Source of the DNA: the human T2T-CHM13v2.0 reference genome, Homo sapiens
DNA: 64,000 bases
Strand: one strand, 5' to 3'
NCBI RefSeq assembly: GCF_009914755.1
Contig: NC_060938.1
Shown: piece after piece, positions 14,548-29,157 of the stretch
How positions within the stretch are numbered: position 1 is the stretch's first letter
Layout of the letters: each line of letters opens with the position of its first letter
Made by a program: the position numbers and the translations under genes
The notes under the pieces: generated by a model
Database searches by the model: none
What the model saw: only the letters and a program-made list of their open reading frames with translations
What the model was told of the DNA's origin: nothing

Positions 14548-17514
14548 AATGCATAATATATCTTTCTCAAAGTGAAGTTATTTGAGCCGGTTCTATGGTC
14601 CATAGGTTTCTAAACTGATGAGTTTCCCAAATAAATTCAGGGATTAACTATCTATATCAAGAATATGAACTTTAGAGTCAGACTTCCTTGAATTCAAGTC
14701 TTGGTTCTACCACAAACCAGTTGTGTGAATATTGGCAATTACTTGGTTTCTCTTAGCTTCAGTTTTCATTCCTATAACATAAGCATTTTATACAATGCTG
14801 GTACATGGCAGGTATATAATAAATGTCTAACACAATTATTCATGTTGTTATTTTCCAATGTGTCTTATAGTTAATTTGATCAATAAATCCTTGCCCACAT
14901 GTCAGTGGACATGGCTACCTATTGGTCTTTCTTCTTCCCAATTAATATATTGACTAACTAATTAACTAAGCTTTTTTAGAGACAATATACTCAGTTGAGA
15001 TGCCAAATGAATGGCTCCCCGTTGACATCCCAGGCCAGTCGTAAGGTGAGAGTTATTTGACTCCTTCAAAGCTGTTTCCTTTGGTCAATCCCTGTTCCCA
15101 CTCCCATCTCCCTGTTTTTGGGTTGGTCTTGACCACAGAGACTGTTTATTTCTTATATGATAGCCATGTCTCCTTGCTAATAGAAATCTAATTTTGTATA
15201 CTTGTTGGTCATTGGGTGCTTTAGAGGATTACATCTTGATTAATTCCAATTTCCATGCCAATGATTGGTTTAGAAACAGGTGTATGATAAAATTCTGGCC
15301 AATAAAATGTGAAGAAAACCTTTTGCAGGACTTCTGAAAAATAAAACTTCTTTTATCAGGCAAATAAGGATGGAATATTCTGTCTTCTAGCCTTTGTAAA
15401 GATGTGATGCTTGAGGTTGCAGCCAACTTTCTACAATAATGTGTCAAGCCTGAGATTAAGAGTCAACATTCTGAGGAGAAAAAAAAACCTGGAGAAAGAA
15501 CCTGGTTTTTGATGACTTTGTTGATCAACTGAAAACCAACCTGCTTCAGAACTCTTGATCTATGGCAGATTAAATCCCTTTATTGTTTAAGTCATTTACA
15601 GTTGAGTTTTCTGTTACTTGCATTTAAAAAAATATAAGCGATTCAGCTATGAGACATGATAATCTGGGAAAACATGAGTTGCCCCACTCACTTTGTACAC
15701 AAAAAAATTAACAAAGATTATTTTGGTAACTCACTGTTTCCATAGTCACTTGAATGATGTCAAATCTCATTAGGCTTAAAGAAAAAGCAATACCTTTTTT
15801 GAGCCTCGGGTACCATGGGTAGCAAGCCTTGTAAAGCCTTTGGTACATCAAAGGGGCCTTTGAGTGTCTCTTGGGACATTTTATATTTCATCAGTACAGG
15901 TTTAAAAAGTCTGAATGCTCACATATAATAGTTTTCTTTTAAAGTCTGTTTCTCAGAGAGGTGTCTGTTTGGAAACGTAAGATTCATAGAGAAAAAATTT
16001 CCTTTCTTAGAGACAGTCAAGAGGAAAACTCCGAGAACTACAACTTTTGGCAAAATGGATATAGTTAGAGAAATAGAAAGAAGAATAGAAGTTGCTTCTG
16101 GGCCATGTTATAACAAAATAAATAAAAACATAAACTTATTTGAAAGATTGTGTGGTATTTATTTAGAGGCATATCGATCCTTCACCGAGACTAAATGAGG
16201 AAGAGATGAATTGAAATCTTAATGAAACATAAAAATGGGCATTGGCAACATTGCCTGCAACCATCGTAGATGAACAAATAATGGAGCCAGTCTGTTTACA
16301 TTATTGGAATGAGCACAGGGCAGGTGATGTGTCCGGTTTCTAAACCTGGGATCAAATCTTTACTCTTTAGTTTTTGTTGGATGGTTTCCTGACTCATTGG
16401 ATAAACCAGGTACATATCCAAGCCCCTTTGTTTCTATCTACAGAAGAGATAATGACATTGGCTTAGGTATGGCAGGGTTAAGCCCAACATTGTGTTGAAA
16501 AGAACTCCAGGAACCTGGGATTTAGGAAGAGTTGGTCCTGTCTGTGGGGAGTAAAGGCAGTGCTCCCTTTAAAACTACAGAGGAGAATGCCTTTTGAAGG
16601 AAGCATGTGTAATTCTTATCCTCCTTTCTATGTGGCAGCCATCTGTCTAGTTACATGACCTCTTTTCCTAACCGGTTGAGGTCCTTGAGAACAAGGCTCT
16701 TCCCTTATGAATCTCATCTCCCTCTTCCTGGCACAGTACTCTGCACATGGTAAGTGTTTGATAAATCCTACTTGGCTAACTATTGAGGTCAGCCTGTTCT
16801 TCAACCCACATTTTGAAAGGTTGGGTTCCTTATTAGTGAGGCTCTGGATAAAGGTCATGGGAATTAACAGATTTTACTGCTAGTGTCTCATATCCAGTTT
16901 GCTGGGTTCAGAAAGAAGGTGGGTTTCCCACTTGAATGAGGGTGGTTCTTGAGAGAGAGGTCCTGGGGTTAGTCAGACAGTCATACCTTGAGGTAACGAG
17001 CCTGAATGGGACTGAGTGGGACGAAGAGACAGAGTAGAGGGTGGGAGGCCTGGAGCTGGAGCAACAAATTCGAGGAGGAATAGAGTTCACATGCATGCTT
17101 CTCTTGGGAGCCTTATTACCATTAGCATGATGGTATGACTTCTAAATATAGTGAGACTGTCATTGCCAATGCATATATCATATACTAAATCTTAAAATAA
17201 AGCTTTCATTTGTCCTTAGAAAAATTAGGTAAGAAAAGTAAATAGAAATTCTACTGTTGTCTCCAAGTACCTTCTTTTGGACATCCCACTTTGGAGACTA
17301 CCTGTTTACACATGAATAAACGAGATAAACACAGTCTCTGCCCTCTTGGGGGTTATAATCCACTGGGGAATACGAACAACAAAACAGGACATTTCAATAA
17401 TATCATATCTATATGTAAATATAGAACCCCATGCTTATTAAAACAAGTGAATACTAACTGATAGAAACATTTTTGTATAATTAAATGCACAAGAAGAATA
17501 ATTGTCAGCCATCG

Positions 17515-18100
17515 TAGTGGACAATTGTGGCTTCTGCTATCCAGCGTCTATTTCCTCTTTTTCTGGGAAGAGCATCCTGATTTTTTTCTCAGGAAAACAT
17601 CTCCCCTTCCCCACTGTGCTTTGAATAAATGGAGTTTGGTTTTCCCTTTGCCTCCTCCCTCCCCCAAAATCTAAGGGTGGGAAGAAGATACAGATCTCAG
17701 CAAAACTGTATTTTCACCCCTGACACAGGGATTGATTTAGAAGTGGTCCTGAGACCCAAGTTACTCCAATTAGAGGTAGCCCTGGCTTTTTTCTTCCCCC
17801 TAGAATAATCAGGAAAGGGGAGTTCTCTTTTCTACAGACTTGGAATCAAATAGGAAAAAGTGGAACTTCAGAAAGATACCTTCCCCACAAGGGGAGAGCC
17901 TGTGGAAAAAGAACTAATACAGAGGAAATATAACACTTAAGAAGCAAAGACAGATTGAGTTTAAATGATGTTGTTTGGGCCTCTGAGTTCCATGGAGACC
18001 AGCTCTACTGCTATACTTTCCATTTCCATGGGCCAAGAGATTCTTGATAATTTTTGCATAAGTCAGAGTTGGGTTTTCTCTCACTTTGCAACCAAAATTT
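17515..18100 (+). mobile_element. Degraded MLT1 MaLR LTR (similar fragments at ~15200-15640, 27000-27830, 61420-61840)
   Basis: agggattgattt...gacccaagt..ccaat and gttgggttttctctcactttgcaacc motifs. Confidence 0.5.
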
Positions 18101-18217
18101 GGTGCCTCATTTACTACTTTGCAGTTATTTCTGATGACTGCTAAGCTTACCTTGGTCTTGTCTAATGTTTGCATGGAACTCAACCTTCTAATAACCCGAA
18201 TATTTCTTGAATTTATA

Positions 18218-18273
18218 CTTTTCCTGATATTTGGCTTTTCCTGATATTTGGCTTTTCCTGATATTTGGCTTTT
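18218..18273. repeat. 17-bp tandem repeat x3.3 (cttttcctgatatttgg)
   Basis: Three perfect copies. Confidence 0.95.
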
Positions 18274-18920
18274 ACCCCTGGGCTTTTAACAACGATAGTG
18301 CATACTGGACTCCATTATCTTTTTTTTTTCTACTGTGATTTAACTTTCCTAGCATAGTTTTTCCTCAGGCAACTTTGAAATCACATGAAATGCTCATAGA
18401 AAGTGCCGATTCCTGGGCCACATACCACAAGGGTCTGACAGTCTGCATTTTAATAACACTCTTAGCTGGTTCTGTTACGCACGAAAATTTGAAAATCAGA
18501 GTCCTAGCACTAGATCCTCATCTGGGATTGCTTTCTGCTGTTCCTCAAGAGACCTGAAGTCACTCTCTGCCCTTGATCAGTTTCTTTTTCCATCCATGGA
18601 CAGCAGATGAATGAGAAACAATAAAGAGAGCTACACGGACTTCTCATTGGTCACGTGACCCTTAGCTTTCCCATTCATTCACTTAGCTGGAAAAAATTTC
18701 CCAGATGAACGACCTTAAACCTCAGCTCTTTGCCCTTTGAAAATCTGAACTTAAATTTTCCAAGTAAGTGCATTGCATGTTGTTTTGTCTTTTTTTGCAG
18801 CTATAGTTTTTGAAAGGGACATAGAATTACTAAAAGCCCAATTCAGAAACTGAAAATGTATACTTAAACAGAACATTGCAAGATATTTAAACATTTTCCT
18901 TCTTCTCTCTGTTTCTTTTC

Positions 18921-19211
18921 TCTTTTTTTTTGAGACAGAGTCTCACTCTGTCACTCAGGCTGGAGTGCAGTGGCGCAATCTGGGCTCACTGCAACCTCCA
19001 CCTCCTGGGTTCAAGCAATTCTGTGCCTCAGCCTCCTGAGTAGCTGGGATTACAGGCACATGCCACGCTGACCGGATAATTTTTGTATTTTTAGTAGAGA
19101 CAGGGTTTCACCATGTTGCCCAGGCTGGTCTCGAACTCCTGAGCTCAGGGAGTCTGCCTGCCTTGGCCTCCCAAAGTGCTAGGATACAGGCATGAGCTAC
19201 TGTGTCTGGCC
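18921..19211 (-). mobile_element. Alu (old S type, gagctcagg variant)
   Basis: Full dimer; tctgtttct on both flanks. Confidence 0.93.
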
Positions 19212-22200
19212 TCTGTTTCTGTGAAAGGCAGGAGAGGCTTGAAGCTGCCTACCCCTTTCTGTAAGATGAGCCCATTTATCTTGTAGGCTTGTGTGGCAGC
19301 ACCACATCTGGGTCTTTAAACAAAGATATCAAAGGATTTCCTCAAATTTGACAGGCTTGTTGATAATTGTGATACACGAGGCCGAAGGAAAAGTTATGGG
19401 ATAGGCACAGAAGCCAGCTTTGAGCTATAAGACTTTCCCATGACCTGTGCCCCCAAAATAGTAGCTCCCTGCTGGCAACCATCTGAAGTCTCGATCTGAC
19501 CCTGCCCCAAAACATTTGGCATGTGGAAGCTGGCCCAGCTGTCACAGAGCAAGGAGATAAATACATTTCCCAGTGTTTATAGATCTCTGCGTATCCTCGC
19601 AGTAATTGCTGTTTTAAAACACCCGATAAAATTCAGGAATGTGCCAATAATAACTCTCTCAACACAGGCTGGGCTGGATTTCCAAAGCACCAGCTGCTGA
19701 ATGCTGTCCCTCTAGAAAAGGTGGGCAGGGTGCTGTCTGCACAGTTGGGGGCTCTGTTCACCTCCTGGCTCCAGATCCACCTTACCCCAAACCAAAGGAC
19801 TGGTCTGATCTACTTTAGGTCAGGGGAACGGGGCAGACTGGGTGAGGAAGTGTCACAGCTCACCCTCTCTCTTAGCTTTCCTTAACCAACCTCCCTTTGC
19901 CTAGGAGGGCCCGTTGCTGGTCTCACTCTGCCCTTCCTCTTCCTCAGACTGATTCTTAAAGCTTCACACAAAAACCTTTGAGTCTCTTCCCTTGACACCA
20001 TTCATTCTCCCCTTGCCCTTCCTTCCCTAAATCTCCTCCATGATACAGGAGAGTGCCCAAGACTTCATCTGGACTGAAATGTTAAAATATATGTCATTTA
20101 ACTTAATGAGGAAGGGTATATACAAGGTCTTCCATTTGAGTCAAGAAATTGAGAAGCAATATGGAGTTAATTTAGGCACTCGTGTCTCCAAAGATCAGGC
20201 AGAGGTCAGATCTGAAAAGCATATGCTGAAAAGCATAATACTTTTTATTTATGCTGAAAAGCATAATACTAATGTATTCCCCACATTTCAGGGAGATTCA
20301 GGGAAAAACTCTCCCAATTTATTATATACAGGTATTTCCCACCAAAATGACTAAGGCAAGAACAGTAAGGGATGGGAAACAAGGACATTCACGGGGCCTA
20401 GACTGAGGTAGAGAAAATGCTGTACTTAGATGTGGAAATATTTTCCTTTCTCTTGGGAAGGACCTCTGTAAGAAAAGGGAGGCTTGGGTTCACACCAAAC
20501 CAGGAGATTAATTCTATTTTCTTCAACAAATATTGAACATCCCATATGTGCCAGACATGGTATTGGATGTGGAGGATACAATGATGATGAAGCAGATGTG
20601 GTTCCTGCCCTCATGAGGCTACGGTCCAGAGGGGTAATTCTATTAATCAGTTAATCATTAAATAAATCTGCAATTGCAGCAGAGCTAAGTGCTGCAAAGG
20701 AGAGGCTTTTGGGCTAGGAGAGCCAATATGGGAGAGAATTTGACTTTGTCTGCAGGGTCAGGATTGCTTTCCTGAAAAAGTGATTACTGGATTGAGATCT
20801 GAATGATGAGTAAGAATTAGGTAGATAAAAGAGGGGAAGACGGAACATGAGCTGAGGCCCTGTGGGGCTGGGGCGTAGAAGGAAGAAGTCACTGGTGTAA
20901 GGACCATGGGTTGGAGTAGGAAGAACCAAGGGGAGAGGGGCAAGGCTGTAGAAAGTGGAGAGGCAGGGCTGGAGAGGGTCTCGGGCACAGGTCAGGGAGG
21001 TCCTTGCTTGTAGACCATGTTAAGGATTTTAGTCTTTATCATAAAAGAAATGGGGAGCCATTGATCAGTGGTGGTGGGGGGATATGTTCAGATTTATGTG
21101 GGGAGATTGTTCTTAGTTACAGTATGAGGGCCGGGGTGGGAAAGGCAGATTCAAGGTGGGAAGAGCAGGCAGGAGGGTTTTGCAGTGGCCCATGCAAGAA
21201 ATGATGGCAGCTTGGGACAAGTTGGTGGCAGTGATGGGAGGAGATTTAAGAGGTGAAATCAACAGGGATTGATGTTTGTGTTCGCCTTATCACCTGGAAG
21301 CTTCCTCTAGTGTATATCTGACAGGAGCCTAAAGGTAGCATACCCATTGGTGCACAAGAGAGCAGATCAAAGCTAAATCACATTTATCTGAACAAATAGC
21401 ACGGGTACTGGATCCTAAGGAACATTTTCCATCTCTTCTGAATCTTCAGGATGAGCAGGCACTGAAAATGAAGCACAAGTGAAGGAAGCAGGCACCCAGG
21501 TTATTTTTAGCAAACTATAGGAAATAGCCGACATTCTAATTTGAATCCTTCTCATTAAAACCCAGAGCCGATCCTCACACAGTTCTTGCTTCTAATGTCT
21601 GCAAACTTCTCTTTTTCCAGATAATTGACAATAGGCTCCCATGGAAGTCTTCTGTGCATTTCTGCAAAAATTTAGGAAACATTAGGTTTGACACCATCAT
21701 CATGTTTGCCAAGGCAGCAAAAATCCCAGCCGGCAAAGCTTCAAGTGTGATGAAGCGGAACAGCAAGGACAGCACGGAATGACTGATCATTTCAGAATGC
21801 CGTCTAGCGAGAGTTTCCAATGTGGGAGTTTTCCATTGTTTTGAAGCAGGAGAAATAGGGACCGGCTGCTTTGGAAGAAACATGCTGTAGGTAGGATTTC
21901 CTCTTCTTTCTTTTCTACCTGACTTTCTGCTCTCAAGTGGTTCTTTGAAGATAAAATTATTTTGTAATACTTTCATTTAATAACAACAAAACTTTTTTAT
22001 ATTCAGTAAGTTGAAATTGTATAGAACAGTCAGTGTCTGATTTATTACTATTACTGATGTTCAGGGCACAATGAGGCCACAGGAGGGGTAGTGTCAATTC
22101 TATTGGAGAATCAGGCAAAGCTTCCTAGGGATGTACCCTTGGAGCTGAGTCTTGACTTATACGCAAGGATTAGTTGGGTAAATGGGCAGCATAGGAGGGA

Positions 22201-22224
22201 ATGCCCTTCTAGGGAGAATAAACA

Positions 22225-22813
22225 TGTTAGAGGAACCCCTGCCTACCACGCCTCTGGCTTAATAAAACATGACCTGAATGATTCCATCTTGAAGTGAGTA
22301 GCGAGGCACTCACAAGGCACTTATAAGGTTAATATTTATGGTCTGAAAATAACCACATTCTAAGCTGACCATCAATTATAATTACAGAATATTTATGGCC
22401 ATACAGAACATCTCCCACCAAGTCTGCAGAATGTCCAGATGTCCTAAGAATACAGCTCACTTTACTTAAGTAAAGTGTTAATGAGTGTTAACGAGTTAAT
22501 TACTGTTAATGAGTGGGCTTAGGTTGAAGGATTAATGGTCATCTATAACACCAATAGCCTCTACCTTTAAAGAGCACATCTGCATGTTCCAAGTCTAAAT
22601 CTAGCCCCTTACAGTTTCTAGTAAGTAGAGTCACTAAGAAAGGATGGCGTGTTCCTCCTTCTGTTTTCTGAGGACGCCCTACTCTGTAATAGAGTAGTTT
22701 CCAATAAACTCAATTCTTTTACTGTGCTCTGTGACTTGCCTTGAATTCTTTTCTGCATGAGATCCAAGAACCTGCTCTTGGGGTCTGTATCGGGACCCTC
22801 TCTTCGGGCAACA
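22225..22813 (+). mobile_element. ERV1 solo LTR (MER41/MER51-related; subfamily and 5' boundary unsure)
   Basis: AATAAA at 22703; ends gagatccaagaacctgctcttggggtctgtatcgggaccc...ggcaaca, like the MER41 3' ends in this window. Confidence 0.75.
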
Positions 22814-22885
22814 GAGTTATGAAAGTATTTGCTATGTTCAGAAAACTGGATGCAATTTAGTAGAGGTGTAATATACAGTTTGCTC

Positions 22886-23106
22886 TATGTGTGTATGTGT
22901 GAGAGACAGACAGAGACAGAAACACATACACCTGCACAGAGAGAGAGAGAGAGAGAGAAATAAGGACAGAGGGTGTGGGGAGAGAAAAAGAGGGAGAGAC
23001 AGAGAGGGAGAGAGAGAGAGAAATAAGGACATAGAGAGAGAGAGAGAGAGGGAAAGAGAGAGACAGAGGAGAGAAAGGAGAGAGAGAGGGGGAAAGAGAG
23101 AGAGAG
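22886..23106. repeat. GA-rich low-complexity/microsatellite tract
   Basis: About 200 bp of (GA)n variants. Confidence 0.95.
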
Positions 23107-23284
23107 ATTAAGATGGGACTCCAGTCTCTATTCAAGAAGGAGCTATTGAAGACTTTTAAGCAAAGGAGTGCTGTGTTCAGAGCTGCACTCCGAAAGCTCA
23201 CTCAGGCACTGGGGAGAGGATAATTGGGTTGGGAGGGGATCCCAAACTACAGGCAAGGGAGACCGGTTAAAACACTTTTATAAT

Positions 23285-24095
<811 letters not shown>

Positions 24096-24932
24096 AGTGT
24101 TCAAATGAGAAATGGTGAGGACAGCAGCATTGGGTAAAGAGAGAGGGGCAGATTTGAGAGGTATCAAGAAGGAGGTGACTTCGTGGGCGGTGAGGAATGA
24201 GAGAGTGTGGGATGTTTAGGAAGATGCCCAAATTTCCAGCTTGGGTGATGGGGTAATGGTGCTATTCTCAGAGTGGAAACTCAAGAGGAAGGATGCAATT
24301 TGGGAAAACATGAGATCCCTTTGGAACTAAATTCCTTGAGGTCTGCGTGGACAGTGACGGGGTGTGGATCAATGACACCTGAGTTTTTTTCCCAGCTCTG
24401 TTGGTATGATTTTATTTGACTTCCCTCTCTGAGTCTTGTCCTTTTTTCCATAAGGTATATTATTGCCTTTCTTGGCTTGATTTCTGATCTCATAGAGATC
24501 TGTGAAAGTGCTTTGTAAATGTCCTCACAAATGTAAATATTTATGTTTACAGGGAAGTGAAGGTGTAAAAAGCAAAGTCAACAGTACATTTAACTTATTA
24601 ATAGGCAGAGTATGTGCCTTATTTGCATTGTGACAGCATCAGGTGGAGATCTCGCTGCAAAATGGCCAATATCACTGCCTGTCTTCTGACCACAATGGCT
24701 TAATTCCTACGGGACTAGAGGGTAACAGTTTGCTACTCAACACCTCGATTCAAGAACCATCACACTTCTTTATTTTTTCTAAACCTTATTAAATTACTTC
24801 TTCATTCCCATTTGCCAGGATGGGCAAGACATCCATTTTTAGTCAAAATTGGGATTCCCACTGGGTCACACAAGTATTCTGTTTTTCATAGGGAAAATGA
24901 GCAGGGTTTGAAATACGGAGAAATATGTCAGA

Positions 24933-26049
24933 AATATTACACAGGCACCTCATCCTTGTGTGAACAGGGTAGACTAATTATCCTACCGTAGGCTTAGGCA
25001 AATCCTAACACCAGTGAATTCAGATGCAGGTCTTTGAGATTAATTGCCATTAGAACTGAGGGAAAGGTGAGCCTGGGGTACTGATTAATCTGTGCTAGTG
25101 TTTAACATCCACTCAGCAGCATTACCATCCAGACCAAAGACTCTACTTGTCAACTGAAGAATCATGAGGTTCATAAATTTGGAGTGAAGAGCTTTATTTC
25201 TTATAAAGGAATGCAGCCTGCTGGCTGGCCATCCCACAGGCTGGGAAGCATGGCCTCTGGTGGAAACCGAAAGCAGGCACTGGAGGAAGAGAAGGGTGAG
25301 ACAGGAATTAATGCTGAACAGGTCGGCTAAGCATATATATTCAACAGATTATAGGAGGAGCTATGAATATTCATGAAGGGGGCATGCATGTGTAGAAGGC
25401 AACCATGCATGTTGCTTACGTCCCATATTCACTTTGGGGTGGAGACTTAACATCTAAACGCATTAAAATTAGGTTCTATCCATCAAAAGATGAAATGGAA
25501 GACACAAAGCATCCCGTAAGCAGCCTCTGTAAACCTGCCAGAACCAGTCCATGACCAGTGGTCTCTTATGTTAGTCTCTTATTAGAAAGAAATGCTGGTA
25601 GGTGTTATGTCAAAGTGGCAACGAGAGAAGGAAGTCTGGCAAGACTTTCAAAAGGGCTGGTTTTTGCTGAACTCTGAGGAAAGAGTCTAATCGTGATTAG
25701 CAAGGGCGAAGTATATAATGGGGCATATCCAATGTCCTGTCCTGTCCTGGCTGGGAACTCAATTTTTAAGGTTTGTCAGGGGTCCTTTTGACCAAGAGGG
25801 GGCCTGTTCAATTGGTTGGGCTTAGGATTTTATTTTTATTTCTCACACTAAAGGATCTATTTTTGGTGACCATCGTGTTCACAATTTGCTGTAGAATCTT
25901 ATTACTTACAAATGAAGAGTGTTATAGTGTCACTAGGGTGGGGAGAGTCAAGATGGAAGGAAAACCCCAAAACTGAAGAAGGAGGAAGGGAGCTGGGGAG
26001 GATGGCTGATGGCTGAGTATATATGATGGAGCTCAGGTCTACTGAAAAG
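24933..26049 (+). repeat. Copy 1 of a local ~420-bp duplication, interrupted by the LTR at 25148-25845
   Basis: Collinear with 33527-33950. Confidence 0.9.
25148..25845 (-). mobile_element. MER4-family (MER4D-like) solo LTR
   Basis: The reverse complement begins TGAGAAATAAAAATAAAATCCTAAGCCC and ends TTCAGTTGACA; TSD tact/cact; the empty site is visible in the paralogous copy (gaatctactaaagg, ~33741). Confidence 0.85.
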
Positions 26050-26926
26050 TATTGCTGAAACAACTACAACCGGGAAATTTCCCAAATGACCCAGATAGAC
26101 CACCTGGTACCAGTTGACCAACACTCTCACCCCTTTCTCAGCCTTGTGGTCCCACCACTCCAACTGGACAGAGGACCAGTCTTCTAAACATTCTTTCCTG
26201 ATAAATAGCTGCAGATCCCAAGCCACTTTGGGTCAGCTTATAGAGACTGCACACAAACTGTCTCTGGTTCTACAGTTCACTTTTTTATTTTTTTTTTATT
26301 TTTTGAGACTGGAGTCTTGCTCTGTCACCCAGGCTGGAGTGCAGAGGCATGATCTCGGCTCACTGCAAGCTCTGACTCCCGGGTTCATGCCATTCTCCTG
26401 CCTCAGCCTCCCGGGTAGCTGGGACTACAGGTGCCCACCACCACACCCGGCTAATTTTTTGTATGTTTTTAGTAGAGAGGGGGTTTCACTGTGTTAGCCA
26501 GGATGGTTTCGATCCCCTGACCTCATGATCCACCTGTCTCGGCCTCCCAAAGTGCTGGGATTACAGGCGTGAGCCACCGCGCCTGGCCTACAGTTCACTT
26601 TTTTACATAAAGAGCCAGATTTCACTTCATTTTAATGCTAAAACCCCACCCTGAAGTGAACATTGAATGTATGTTACATATACATTTACCCACTACATAT
26701 GCATCTGACTTCCCTCATGAACATCCATAGATATCCCCTAAACTTGCTCAATATGTGTAAGGCTGGCCCTGCAAGGCATATGTACTAGCTTCTCCCTCCC
26801 TTCTGCAGAGTCTGTACTTTCCATCTTCCCTGGAAGCTGCACTCCCCAGTCTGCGGATTGTTTCTCCTTCTGAAAATAAAGTTTTCTCCTTTCCTTCCTC
26901 TGTGGCTCTCACGGTCTTAGGTTAAC
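26050..26926 (+). mobile_element. ERV1 MER4-group LTR interrupted by AluY
   Basis: ctaaaaccccaccctgaagtgaacat motif; AATAAA at 26875; ends ggttaaca. Confidence 0.65.
26281..26588 (-). mobile_element. AluY
   Basis: gcaagctc, gccattctcc and gtgttagccaggatgg diagnostics; TSD tacagttcactttttt. Confidence 0.95.
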
Positions 26927-28430
26927 AGAGGAAAGTGGGCTGGGGATTTGGCTAAGGGAACTGGCTCTCATGTCCAGTAGTCATTCGCCTCCCACATCCT
27001 CCTGCCTGGCAGAGCCAGCTCCATGAGAGAGGCTGGAAAGGCCATGTACTTGCTTGAAGAGAGGATGGACATGCAACCCACTCTGTTCTGGCCGATGAGA
27101 CTTACGAAGGAAGTGAGCTGAGGAACTTGGAACAATTTTTTATTGCTGACAAAAGGAGACACATGCAAGAAGAAACTCCACACCTCTCTTCCTGCTCTTT
27201 GGTCATCTGAGGATCACAGATTTGGAGTCTAATTGGATACAGAGCCTAGAAGCACTTTCCTCCCTGCTTCTTGTTAAGCAAGACAAATAAATATCCTTAT
27301 TGTTTAAAAGGCTTTTAGTCATGTATTCTGCAATTTGCAGCCAAAAGCTTCCTAATTGGTAATTAAAGTGGATTATCTAATTTACCTGCTAGAACTTAAC
27401 TGTTAGAACTCATGGTCATCAAAATCCAGTGGAACTGTTAGGAAGCTTTCTGCTGCAAGGAATTCAAGATCCTGACTCCAACTGGCCCAGTACAGGGAAG
27501 TTTATTACGTGATCACAGGAAGCACAGTGTTAGGGCAGGCTTTGGGCATTACATGTGCCGTGCGCCCTGGCTTTGCTTCTCTGAGACTCTCCTGGTCCTC
27601 TCTCCCTGGAGGTGGGTTTTGTCCTTGGGCCAGCTGACTGCTAAGTTGTAGGCATCATACCCTAACAAGACGATGTCCAGTGGAAGAAGAGGCATTTTCT
27701 ATTCCTGTATTTCTTTAGAGAAGTGAGGAAAACTTTTTTGGCCATGGTTCATTTCTTGTTTGCTCCTGAAAAATCAATCTCTGGCAGTGGAAATGAGGTT
27801 GCTTTGGTTGTCCTGGGCTACATTTGGAGTAGAATAAATTTGGGGAACCTACACCAATGACCAACTCCAAGTTTCACTTTTCTTATCTTTCCTTTTCCTA
27901 GAGATTTTTCATGGACCCTGGTGAGCTTGTTTTCTACCCAGAATCTCTTTAAGAACTAACGGATCTTAATTCTTTCTCATCTCCAGCTTGCCTTTAAGTC
28001 TTAACTCATTCGGGTCCCTCCTTGCTGATGAGTATTTCATTTACCAGTAATTCATGATTTACCAGTCGGTTTCCTGTAAAAGAATCAGGCCCCTTTTATT
28101 TTGGGTACGGAGTTTCACTCTTGTTGCCCAGGCTGGCAACATTCCTCCCCCGACCCCCAATGTACAAGTAGTGTTTTTTAAAAAAACACTGTGGTACCAA
28201 CTTCTTTACGGGACAAAAATATAGACATGCACACTATTGTTTTTGTACCTAAAAATGCTTTACTTCTATTTGTTCTTCTGCTTGAGCTTATTTTTGTGCT
28301 CACAAAGAAAACAGGCACCACTCCCTTAAGAGTAGATATCTGTAGATTTTTAAATTGATACAGAGTGACATAAGAAATGAATGTGATGAACAGATGTGAC
28401 GTTCATCTGGAGAAGACTTCAAGATTCAAC

Positions 28431-28735
28431 TCGGGGTGGTGGCTCACACTTGTAATCCCAGCACTTTGGGAGGCCGAGGCAGACAGATCACTTGAGGTCA
28501 GGAGTTTGAGACAAGCCTGGCCAACATGGTGAAACCCCGTGTCTAGTAAACATAACAAAAAAAAAAAAAATTAGCCGGGCATGGTGGCGTGTGCCTGTAG
28601 TCCCAGCTACTCAGGAGGCTGAGGCAGGAGAATCGCTTGAACCGGGAGGCAGAGGTTGCAGTGAGGCGAGATCGTGCCGCTGCACTCCAACCTGGGCGAC
28701 AGAGTGAGACTCCTTGTCAAAAAAAAAAAAGAAAA
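28431..28735 (+). mobile_element. AluS (Sz/Sx)
   Basis: Full dimer; ttcaact on both flanks. Confidence 0.95.
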
Positions 28736-29157
28736 AGTTCAACTTGGAGGAGAGTAAGTAGAGAACAGAAAGTTGTCTGTCAGGTAAACCTTTCCCCATT
28801 TGATGGGAGCCCCACCCTTTCCATTATCCCCCACAGCTCCTTCACCTGTCTTCCTGTGTAGCAGACGAATTTTGTGTCTTGTTTCTGCTGCTTGTAGTCA
28901 GAGAGATGCCTGTGAGTTCCCTGGGTGGATTTCGAGGCTGCAATAGCAATTCTGGCCATTGTTGTATGACTACCCAGCATCCCATTCATCCCTCCCTCCA
29001 TCCCAGCAGGACCCAGTAGGGCCTAGTGTCCACTCCACTTTGTATAGCCTATGTCAGTTATGGGAGACTCTCCTCCCACCCCTAGCTTCAGGATAGGATT
29101 GTTTAAGTCAATCAGCATGTTCATTTGTGCTGAAGTGATTGGTTCAGTGTAGGTTTG

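Noticed and set aside
21575-21976. 133-aa minus-strand ORF in unique sequence
   Set aside because: No recognisable homology or exon structure; the length is compatible with chance.
22838-23201. Ser/Leu and Arg/Glu repeat ORFs
   Set aside because: Translations of the GA microsatellite.
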